The notes below the pieces were generated by a model. The model saw nothing but the letters and a program-made list of their open reading frames with translations, did not search any database and had not been told where the DNA came from. From positions 32,001-96,000 of the IMG/VR virus record IMGVR_UViG_3300028948_000703: a DNA stretch of 64,000 nt; one strand, written 5' to 3'. The position numbers were made by a program, and so were the translations under genes. Positions 56,660 through 64,000 of this stretch are shown here, in pieces. Source of the DNA: a virus. Within the stretch, counting starts at the first letter, position 1; each line of letters begins with the position of its first letter.

Positions 56660-57112
56660 TCAACGAGTATTTTGAGCAGTTAAATTAACTAATCTCTTTG
56701 CAGCACGGTCGCTGTTAAACAACTGCGTAAGACCCCAATGTAACGGGTCTGGTAATTCATCAATGGTGCACCATAGATAATCTACGCTTTCCCAATTTAA
56801 TCTTGGTTCAAATTTTTTGTCTATGATACATGCAAACGTATAAAATTTAAATTTTGGAGCATGTGTTTCATTGGTATAAATCAATGAGAGAGTTGATGGA
56901 TCAACTTGATATCCAATTTCTTCGTATGCCTCTCTACATGCTGCATGTGCAGGCAATTCTTGTTTTTCTGCAGATCCGCCAGGCAAGCACCATGTGTTTG
57001 GCATAGAAACTAAACTACTGCGTTTTATTAATAAAAAATTCCTATTGCTTGGAATGTAAAATAAACAACCTGCTCCTCTATGTTGAGGAGCAGCTAAATC
57101 ATTGGCTTTCAT
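56660..57112 (-). CDS. NUDIX hydrolase
   Basis: Nudix box 'GG..E..E....AA.REAYEEIG'. Confidence 0.92.
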   Translation of the reverse strand: MKANDLAAPQHRGAGCLFYIPSNRNFLLIKRSSLVSMPNTWCLPGGSAEKQELPAHAACREAYEEIGYQVDPSTLSLIYTNETHAPKFKFYTFACIIDKKFEPRLNWESVDYLWCTIDELPDPLHWGLTQLFNSDRAAKRLVNLTAQNTR

Positions 57113-57120
57113 AGAAATAT

Positions 57121-58479
57121 TTATCGTTCTACAGTGGGTAATTTTTTCAACTCTGTTACTTCTTTTCTATATATAGCACGTATTTTAGTTTCGTCGGCTA
57201 AAATTGAGTTGTATTCTGCAATAGTTTGTTTTAGTTCTTTTATTTTGTCTACTATTTCTTGGTATGCATCTTTAGCCCATCTATACGATGGTAAAGCACT
57301 TAACCGATCTAGCTGATCGTTATCAAGATCTAGGTCTTTACAAATCTTTGTAATTTTATCAATTAACTCACTTCTGTCATTTGCTTTTGGTAAAAAGGCT
57401 GGCAATCCTTTGTCTATACATTCTTTAAGGGCCAAATACCAATTTAACGAATGTGTAGCATCTTTGATCCATTTTGAATATCGAACTTTATAGAATTTAA
57501 GTCTCCATTCAACAAACTCTCTTATTAATGTTTCAGCAGATGTGTATTGCCTAATAGAAGTACCGTCCCAGTCAAGTACTACGATACGTTCGGTTGTTTT
57601 GCTGCGTAGCTTTAAAAAATCAACAGCTTTGTCTTCGGTCCAGTTATCTATTGAACCACGTTTGAATCTAATTTCGACATGTATATTTTTTGTACTGCGA
57701 TCAACATATGTTTGTATTTGACCCTCGTCTTCCATCTTGTTGAGACGTACTTTAAATTTTTCAAGACTGAGGTCAGGTGGTAGTTCACTAACAATAATAG
57801 TGCTTCCATCTATAGCGAGTTTACCAACAAATTCATACGCATTATCGCCAATCCCTCGTACACTGGTATTAAGATATTCGTAACAGGGTAATAATTCAGG
57901 CAACTTTTTCTTTCCGTCAATTGCAGCAATAGTAGCATCTACTAAATCAGAAAATGACCGTGGTAAAATATCAGTGCTCCAACCAACTGCAATACCGCTT
58001 ACACCGTTTAACAATACCAACGGAATTAACGGAAGAAAATTCTTAGGTTCCATTACACTTCCATCATAATTTTCTTTCAATGGGATAATTTCGTAATCAT
58101 GATAGATTAGTTTATCCGTAAATGTATTCTTTTTGACATATGTATATCTAGGTGCACCCCAATCTGTAGGTCCAACTCTAGTTCCAAATGCTCCAATACC
58201 AGACAGCAATGTAATATTATTGCAATAAGGAGCTGCCATCAAGCTGATAGTATCACATGCAGATGCATCTGAGTGTAGGTAAATGTTCTGAGATATCATT
58301 TCGCCAGCAAGAGAGATAGTTTTTAGCTTATCACTCTTAGGTTTCATCACAAATAATGCTTTACGCTGTGCGTCTTTTAAACCGTCACTAACACAAGGAA
58401 TTCCTCGGCTTTGACAAACATATATACTGTAGTCTCTACTAGTATCTTTGATAAAATCTGTTGTAGTTGAATATTTCAT
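57121..58479 (-). CDS. Type II DNA topoisomerase, breakage-reunion subunit (T4 gp52-like)
   Basis: 'DGLKDAQRK', 'YLHSD', 'APRY' and 'LLNG.SGIAVGW'. Confidence 0.92.
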   Translation of the reverse strand: MKYSTTTDFIKDTSRDYSIYVCQSRGIPCVSDGLKDAQRKALFVMKPKSDKLKTISLAGEMISQNIYLHSDASACDTISLMAAPYCNNITLLSGIGAFGTRVGPTDWGAPRYTYVKKNTFTDKLIYHDYEIIPLKENYDGSVMEPKNFLPLIPLVLLNGVSGIAVGWSTDILPRSFSDLVDATIAAIDGKKKLPELLPCYEYLNTSVRGIGDNAYEFVGKLAIDGSTIIVSELPPDLSLEKFKVRLNKMEDEGQIQTYVDRSTKNIHVEIRFKRGSIDNWTEDKAVDFLKLRSKTTERIVVLDWDGTSIRQYTSAETLIREFVEWRLKFYKVRYSKWIKDATHSLNWYLALKECIDKGLPAFLPKANDRSELIDKITKICKDLDLDNDQLDRLSALPSYRWAKDAYQEIVDKIKELKQTIAEYNSILADETKIRAIYRKEVTELKKLPTVER

Positions 58480-58767
58480 TTAGGCCTCTATATCATGTGT
58501 TAGTAAAAATTGTGTTGCATGTTCTTTATTTTTAAACCTACAACTTACACGTACAGTTGTTAGATATAACACTGGATCGTAATCAGATATTATATGTATT
58601 GGACAATAGTCTAGATTTTCACTGATCCAATTTATAATATCTGGATGATTTTTGTAAAACTCAAAACTTATTGCATTAATATTTTCGTCACTAATATCAG
58701 TAAATTTGTATTTTTTGATTAAGATATCTATAAACTTATTTTTTTCAGAAATCATAGAGATATCCAT
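58480..58767 (-). CDS. Small-protein family A-like, between the topoisomerase subunits
   Basis: 'INWISEN...CRFKNKEHATQFLLT'. Confidence 0.55.
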   Translation of the reverse strand: MDISMISEKNKFIDILIKKYKFTDISDENINAISFEFYKNHPDIINWISENLDYCPIHIISDYDPVLYLTTVRVSCRFKNKEHATQFLLTHDIEA

Positions 58768-60626
58768 GCTTTTCTATCGTCGGCGCGCGTACCAGAGAAA
58801 ATCAAATCTAGTGCATCGGACAATTTGCCGTCATCAATAATAGGAATTAGCTTAGGTTCTTTAAGACTGTGAATCCAATCCTCTTCTTCTAGACTACCCA
58901 GACCCTTTGCACGAGTTGGTTTTGGACAATTCTTCCAGTCGTCTGGATTATATGTGTGGTAATTATCTGCATACCAATAATGTCTCTTCTTACCTTTCTC
59001 CTGAATAATAAAAGGAGTTTGGAAACTATAGAAAAATGGTGGTAATTTAGAATCAAAAAGCTCTGGCCATTGTAGATAAAAGAAATTTACCAACAGCGCA
59101 GTGATATTTGCACCGTCTGGGTCCTGGTCAGCCGCAAGATAAACTTTGCCATATCTTAACTCTTCTCTTATCGCAGTCTGACCAATTCCTACTCCAATCG
59201 CTGACATAAGATCAGAAATTATCTGATTGTCAATAATTGCTTTTACACTTTCTCCTCGTACATTGAGAATTTTACCCCTCAATGGAAGAGCGCCATGTAT
59301 TTCAGGATCTCTAACAGAGCTTACCATTGTTTTAGCACTATCGCCCTCTGTAATTAGCAAAATACACTTGGTCCTATCTTTGCCATTTGCGTCTAATAGC
59401 TTAGGAACTTTTTGACGCATGAGTTTTCTGTTAGCTTTTGCTAGATCAGCATCGTCTTTTTTCTGTGTACGAGCTGCACAACGATCATAGATCGTTTGTA
59501 TCCATTCCTTGTTTTGTCTAATAATTGTTTTAAACGTAGCATCGTCGACTAAGTTATCTTTAATTAACTTTTCAACATTATCATTAATTAATCTGGTCTT
59601 TGATTGGCTGTCAAACTCGGGCTTTTTCATAGTAGTTATGTTAAAGATTAACATAGTTTCCAGCACATCGCTGCGATTGGGAACTAGTCCTCTTTTTTTA
59701 GATTCTTTTTCTAGTGACGAAAGTATCCCCTGAGAGAAGTATTTCTTAAACGATTCTATGTGTACACCACCGTCAAATGCTGGGATATTGTTCACTAGAG
59801 TTTGTGCATGATCTCCGGTTTCAATTAGCCCAGGAACTAGAATAAACTTGCTGTCAAATGTTTTCTCTTGATCGTTTAGGTTTATAGTAATTGTTTTCCT
59901 ATTGCCAAATAGTTCTTTCTCAATGTTTTTAACCTTAATAGTGTCATTGTTAAATGTTATTTTCAATTTTGGATTACATGCGGCAATCTCAATTAGTCGA
60001 TCTTTGACAAATTTTTCAGATAAGGTTAAATCTTTGAACACAGACTTAGACAGTTTAAAACTTATTTTTGTACTGGAGTTTCCAGTCTTCTTTGTAATCT
60101 TAGGTTCAGATTTTTGTAGCTCAGGAAGAAGATCATTTCCTTCGGTAAACTTCTGAAGAAATTTTTGTCCGTCCCGGTGAATTTCAACTGTAAAATATTC
60201 TGAACAAAAATTGACACCGGACGCACCAATTCCGTTCATACCTGCTGTGTTGTTACGTTCGTCAAAGTTTCTACCAGACATTAACTCGCTTAATGCCAGC
60301 GTAGCTTTATGCATATTATGCTCGCTATCCCAATCGATCGGAATTCCTCTGCCGTTGTCTTCGATAGAAAATTCCATAGTAGCAGGATCGAATGTAACAT
60401 CAATTCTATTACCATGCCCATGTGCAACAACTTCATCAAGTGCGTTGTCTAATATTTCTCTAAATGATGTAAAAACCGCTGGTACCCATTTTGACTCAAC
60501 TACAGATGCTGTGTTGTTTTCGTATGACAATACATTGCCAGTGTGCAATGTTGTAGAACCATAATAAACTGTGGTTCTAAGTCGTACGTGTTGATACGGT
60601 GTTAGTTTTTTAATTTCGTTATTCAT
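58752..60626 (-). CDS. Type II DNA topoisomerase, ATPase/TOPRIM subunit (T4 gp39/60-like)
   Basis: 'EILDNA.DE', 'DNGRGIP', 'GMNGIG', 'TEGDSA', 'PLRGKILN', 'DQDPDG' and 'KGLGS'. Confidence 0.95.
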   Translation of the reverse strand: MNNEIKKLTPYQHVRLRTTVYYGSTTLHTGNVLSYENNTASVVESKWVPAVFTSFREILDNALDEVVAHGHGNRIDVTFDPATMEFSIEDNGRGIPIDWDSEHNMHKATLALSELMSGRNFDERNNTAGMNGIGASGVNFCSEYFTVEIHRDGQKFLQKFTEGNDLLPELQKSEPKITKKTGNSSTKISFKLSKSVFKDLTLSEKFVKDRLIEIAACNPKLKITFNNDTIKVKNIEKELFGNRKTITINLNDQEKTFDSKFILVPGLIETGDHAQTLVNNIPAFDGGVHIESFKKYFSQGILSSLEKESKKRGLVPNRSDVLETMLIFNITTMKKPEFDSQSKTRLINDNVEKLIKDNLVDDATFKTIIRQNKEWIQTIYDRCAARTQKKDDADLAKANRKLMRQKVPKLLDANGKDRTKCILLITEGDSAKTMVSSVRDPEIHGALPLRGKILNVRGESVKAIIDNQIISDLMSAIGVGIGQTAIREELRYGKVYLAADQDPDGANITALLVNFFYLQWPELFDSKLPPFFYSFQTPFIIQEKGKKRHYWYADNYHTYNPDDWKNCPKPTRAKGLGSLEEEDWIHSLKEPKLIPIIDDGKLSDALDLIFSGTRADDRKAWISL

Positions 60627-60697
60627 GTTTGATCCGTTTACTGCTTTTAATGTGTATAGCTTAATATTTGTTTGTGTAATGTCAAATTTACAAAGCA

Positions 60698-60724
60698 TTA
60701 GAGGTGAGTTTCCTCACCTCTAAT
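60698..60724. terminator. Hairpin/terminator
   Basis: TTAGAGGTGAG-TTTC-CTCACCTCTAA. Confidence 0.6.
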
Positions 60725-60830
60725 AATTTCTTGCGTTATATTTTAGAATTTGATCAGTTCTATCAATGCAAGCGTCGGTGACTGACCTCTTTAACATTTA
60801 TTACAATATAAACAAACTTATGATAACTAT

Positions 60831-61529
60831 TTATTTACGATCACCTAACAAACTAAGTAAATGAACAAAAATATTAATAAAATTAAGATATAAACTTAAC
60901 GCACCAAAAATACTTGCCTTTTCTGGGCTTTCAAATCCGTATACACTGCCATTGCTTGTATAATCACTTTTTATATTTTGAGTATCGTATGCTGTAAGTC
61001 CAACAAAAATTAAAACGCCAATAACTGAAATTGCAAATGATAAAAATGAACTTGCTAAAAATATATTTACCAAGCCTGCAATAATTATACCTATGAGTCC
61101 CATTAATAAAAATGAACCCCATGAGCTAAGGCTTTTATTTGTTGTATAACCATATAAACTGGCAGCAGCAAATGTCCCTGCAGTAATAAAAAATACCTTA
61201 GTAATGCTGGCACCTGTATACAATAAGAATAAAGTACTTAAACTTAATCCCATTGAAACACTAAAAAGATAAAATAGCAATGTTGCAGTTGCAATACTAA
61301 AAGATTTAATACCAAAAGACAGAGCAAAAACAAATGCCAATGGTAGAAGTGCAAAAACTATCCACACAGGACTTTGTATATAGGCTGTTAAATAGACCGA
61401 CGCAAACCAAGCAGTTAAACCTGTAACAGCTAAACCTGCTGTCATCTTGTTATAAATGCCAAGCATGAATTGACGTAATCCTTGATCAATACTGTCAACT
61501 TGTGCAATTGCTGAAAATTGATTGTTCAT
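60831..61529 (-). CDS. Bax inhibitor-1/YccA family membrane protein
   Basis: 'DQGLR.FM..IYN.M', 'YGYTT', 'TAYDTQ.IK' and 'GALSLYL.FIN.F'. Confidence 0.92.
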   Translation of the reverse strand: MNNQFSAIAQVDSIDQGLRQFMLGIYNKMTAGLAVTGLTAWFASVYLTAYIQSPVWIVFALLPLAFVFALSFGIKSFSIATATLLFYLFSVSMGLSLSTLFLLYTGASITKVFFITAGTFAAASLYGYTTNKSLSSWGSFLLMGLIGIIIAGLVNIFLASSFLSFAISVIGVLIFVGLTAYDTQNIKSDYTSNGSVYGFESPEKASIFGALSLYLNFINIFVHLLSLLGDRK

Positions 61530-61604
61530 TGTTTCTCCATATTTGTAAGAAATTTACATTAAATTATAATTGATTTTTTACAAAAATCAAATGGATACCA
61601 AAAA

Positions 61605-61877
61605 GGTAGGCGAATAGTTGCCTATCCGCCTTTCTGTTTCCAGGTTCCCTTTAAAACCCATTGAGGCTTACGCTGCTAGGCGAACTTCCTCAAATGCAAT
61701 GTTATCATTGACATTTATTTGTTTTGAACAGATTGACGGTCGTATCTTACCGAATATCTCAATCAATTTTTACACACACGTCGATCCTAGTTTACCCACA
61801 TAAAAAAATGTGGTGTAGGTAACGGGTACTGCCCCCGTGTCCGCATTGCTTATTATATTAATCTACAAACGATATTA
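61605..61877 (-). ncRNA. ssrA: Permuted (two-piece) tmRNA, tag (A)VNDNIAFEEVRLAA
   Basis: The acceptor piece ends GAC-ACGGG-GGCAGTA-CCCGT-TACCTAC-A-CCA (61811), followed by an 11-nt spacer. The coding piece starts GTGGGTA-AACTAGGATCGAC (61799), giving G3.U70. Tag ORF is 61712-61668. Confidence 0.92.
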
Positions 61878-61887
61878 ATTATATTTA

Positions 61888-62517
61888 TTATGTTGTAATA
61901 GAAGAAGTCAAATTTTTTCTAAACTCAGTTGAAATAAAATCTAAATCAGATTTATAGTATAATTTTCTATCTTTTGGATTATATCCTTCATCTAAATTTG
62001 TTAGATATCCACCATATATTTGTAAACCAAATATATCTATTAGTTTTGCTTCTAACGACAATGCTTCACATTCGGTTAAATTATCTTTAATAATAAAAGA
62101 TATAGGTTCTTTATCTAATTCATTTATCCATTGTCGAATTTTTCGATGTGTTTCGTTCCTAGCCAGATTTGAAAATCTATCACCTAAGCCTTTACCAACA
62201 TAAAAAGGAAAATGTGTCATTCCTAATGTAGCAGAAAATGTAGTTAACCAATTAAACCCCACCGCTATTTTTTTCAAAGGATTCATATGGACATAAACAT
62301 AGTATTGTCGTGTTTGGTCTAATTTTAAATTGTTATATAAACTTGAAATGTCTGTATTATACACATTCATACATGACTCAAATTTACGCCTATTCATCTC
62401 TTTCTTAGAAATTTTATTTGGATTAATTTGTCCTAACCTAGATTTTATTTGAGTTCCTAATTTTGATACTTGTTTATAGTCATCCCAATCAATTGTAAAT
62501 GTTTTAATATTTGTCAT
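61888..62517 (-). CDS. GIY-YIG (LEM-3-like) endonuclease; frame stays open upstream through the tRNA-like 5' strand
   Basis: 'YYVYVHMNP...PFYVGKG.GDR', 'EAL.LEA.LI..FG' and 'LTN'. Confidence 0.8.
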   Translation of the reverse strand: MTNIKTFTIDWDDYKQVSKLGTQIKSRLGQINPNKISKKEMNRRKFESCMNVYNTDISSLYNNLKLDQTRQYYVYVHMNPLKKIAVGFNWLTTFSATLGMTHFPFYVGKGLGDRFSNLARNETHRKIRQWINELDKEPISFIIKDNLTECEALSLEAKLIDIFGLQIYGGYLTNLDEGYNPKDRKLYYKSDLDFISTEFRKNLTSSITT

Positions 62518-62526
62518 TGTAATGTA

Positions 62527-62695
62527 TCGATCCCATTTCGCCCCCATCATAGACACATTAAGTAAACAGCCGCAAAGGTTAGCTACTCCTCTGGTCCGGG
62601 ATACCCTCCCGGTGCTTAACGTGTCTATGGTGGAGGCGTCGGGAGTTGAACCCGAGTCTTGTTCACCTATATATTGCTATCAACGACAGCTACGT
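62527..62695 (-). ncRNA. Second permuted tmRNA-type tRNA-like domain with no recognisable tag region
   Basis: GAC-TCGGG-TTCAACT-CCCGA-CGCCTCC-A-CCA (ends 62628); 82-nt stem-closed intervening segment; GGGGGCG-AAATGGGATCGA (starts 62545) with G3.U70. Confidence 0.85.
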
Positions 62696-62696
62696 T

Positions 62697-62987
62697 ATTT
62701 ATAGCACAAAACTTATAAAAAGCAAGAGATTATAAAAATTAGCGATCACAGGGTTATGAGAATATATTATACAGATAACCTTAATCTTACATCATACGCA
62801 CACGGCCAAGGGTAACTATCCAGCCTGCTTAACTACTGGATCATGCCTTGTTAGGTATAAAGCAGGAAATCCCGTAATAAACCATGTACGTATGATGTAC
62901 GATGTAAGATTGAGGAGTTAACCTTACATCATTTCTATCTATATAACTACTATAGTTATAACACAACAATTATAAAAAGCAAGAGAT
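62697..62987 (-). promoter_or_regulatory. Two copies of a sigma70-like promoter (TTGCTT-N16-TATAA) driving ncRNAs; 18-bp direct repeat at 62713 and 62970
   Basis: ttataaaaagcaagagat occurs twice on the + strand. Confidence 0.65.
62768..62945 (-). ncRNA. Unknown rod-shaped RNA with a pseudoknotted core
   Basis: CCTCAATCTTACATC/GATGTAAGATTAAGG and CATACGTACATGG/CCGTGTGCGTATG stems. In the core, CCTGCTT can pair with AAGCAGG in the loop of ATCCAG/CTGGAT. Confidence 0.55.
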
Positions 62988-62990
62988 CAT

Positions 62991-63096
62991 AAAAAACATT
63001 TGGCGTCTGCATTTCCTTGGTTATCTTACTTGCAACTCCGGACCCCATAGTATTATCTAACTTGTCCTTTGTATCCGAGAAGACCAAATGTTTTTT
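62991..63096 (-). ncRNA. Candidate ~105-nt structured RNA
   Basis: AAAAAACATTTGG/CCAAATGTTTTTT closing stem with two internal stems; strand inferred from context. Confidence 0.35.
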
Positions 63097-63128
63097 GTTA
63101 GTAAAAATATTTACCAAATTATATTAAA

Positions 63129-64000
63129 TCAACCCACACTTGAATTTTTAATTCTATGTGCAACCATACTAGCATATTGCCAACAGAACGTAGCAGCAGC
63201 TAGAGATGTAATTTCACCATGATCATACGGTGGACTTATTTCTACACAATCCATTCCAATCCAGTTAACACTGTCTAAATTGTCTAACAATTCTCTCAAC
63301 CAAACTGTGTTAAGTCCTGCAATTTCCGGAGTTCCTGTTCCTGGTGCATATGCAGGATCAAGACAATCTATATCCAATGACAGATACGTTGGTGAATCTT
63401 TTACTTTGGTTTTAATAATATCTGCCATTGCAACAGGAGACCATCGTAATGCACGAGCAGCAGTGTAAGTTGTTCCTCCGTTTTTTTCTAGATATGTTCT
63501 TGATATTTCATCACTTGGACTTCGTATGCCAATGCTTATTGTGTTATTACTATTAATTAAATTTTTCTGAATTGAATTATATAACCATGTCCCGTGGCCA
63601 TATGGTTCGCCAAAGTGACTTGACCATGTATCACAGTGTGCATCAAAATGCACAACTGCGATATCTTTATATTTCTTGCTTAATGCACGAAGTATACCAA
63701 AAGTAATCGAATGATCACCACCCAATGTAATTAGGTTTTTATCTTGATTATCTAATATTGCCCCTTCAACTGCAGCTAGCATTATATGTGTGTTACCAGT
63801 AGGCAACACCATATTACCTAAGTCTTGAACGTAATCGTTAAGGTTTACTTGATACTTAGGATGTGTACCATCTGTAAGCATAAGGCTAACATTACGAATT
63901 GCATTAGGGCCCATTCGAGTGCCACTGCGAAATGTAGTTGCGCAATCAATGGGTGCACCGATAACACCAATTGGTCTAGATTCCTGTCCTACACCGCAAA
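63129..64000 (-). CDS. speB: Agmatinase (5' end outside the window)
   Basis: 'LGGDHS', 'HFDAHCD', 'HGT', 'SLDIDCLDPAYAPGTGTPE' and 'VEISPPYD'. Confidence 0.93.
   Translation of the reverse strand, partial: CGVGQESRPIGVIGAPIDCATTFRSGTRMGPNAIRNVSLMLTDGTHPKYQVNLNDYVQDLGNMVLPTGNTHIMLAAVEGAILDNQDKNLITLGGDHSITFGILRALSKKYKDIAVVHFDAHCDTWSSHFGEPYGHGTWLYNSIQKNLINSNNTISIGIRSPSDEISRTYLEKNGGTTYTAARALRWSPVAMADIIKTKVKDSPTYLSLDIDCLDPAYAPGTGTPEIAGLNTVWLRELLDNLDSVNWIGMDCVEISPPYDHGEITSLAAATFCWQYASMVAHRIKNSSVG

Noticed and set aside
61888-62530. Group I intron carrying the GIY-YIG ORF
   Set aside because: The ORF fills the interval and I see no room or motifs for a group I core (P7, terminal G).
61811-62545. 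A single standard one-piece tmRNA running from GGGGGCG (62545) to the CCA at 61811 with the nuclease inside
   Set aside because: GGGGGCG does not pair with UACCUAC. Each 5' strand pairs perfectly with its own upstream acceptor strand, so there are two permuted domains.
61618-62704. Short + strand ORFs at 61618 and 62522
   Set aside because: Antisense shadows of the tmRNA elements.
1-64000. Alternative genetic code (stop-codon reassignment)
   Set aside because: Conserved genes are full length in code 11, and TAA, TAG and TGA all occur as apparent stops.
1-64000. Diversity-generating retroelement, retron or integrase
   Set aside because: No reverse transcriptase or recombinase motif in any ORF, and no TR/VR-like adenine-variable repeat pair noticed.

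Overview
A 64-kb fragment of a large dsDNA phage, most likely a T4-like jumbo myovirus. Evidence: T4-type two-subunit topoisomerase II, (T)ATAAATA late-promoter motifs, and 'MKIxEIxxE'-type head proteins. The host is probably an alphaproteobacterium (permuted tmRNA with a GGCAGUA T-loop and an xNDN...LAA tag; OmpA, IscA and BI-1 homologues). The left ~26 kb is visibly more GC-rich and mostly + strand. It is packed with short hypothetical ORFs, many with their own sigma70-like promoter, plus rhamnose/glycosyltransferase genes and homing endonucleases. A ~1-kb repeat-containing non-coding gap (26.0-27.1 kb) separates it from an AT-rich, mostly - strand region. That region encodes virion proteins, a translation/proteostasis kit (S21, IF3, intein-containing ClpX, ClpS, Hsp20, YqeY, Smr, TilS), RNA repair (RNA ligase plus HD/kinase), polyamine enzymes and topoisomerase II. 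The most striking content is non-coding RNA. There is a complete permuted tmRNA, preceded by a second, different permuted tmRNA tRNA-like domain that runs directly into a GIY-YIG nuclease ORF instead of a tag frame. There is also a GOLLD-like RNA with an embedded degenerate tRNA-Lys, a ROOL-like RNA, two unknown RNAs carrying CCA-less tRNA folds, an RNase-P-motif-bearing RNA and several other closed stem structures. All protein and RNA family assignments are by eye, without database searches.
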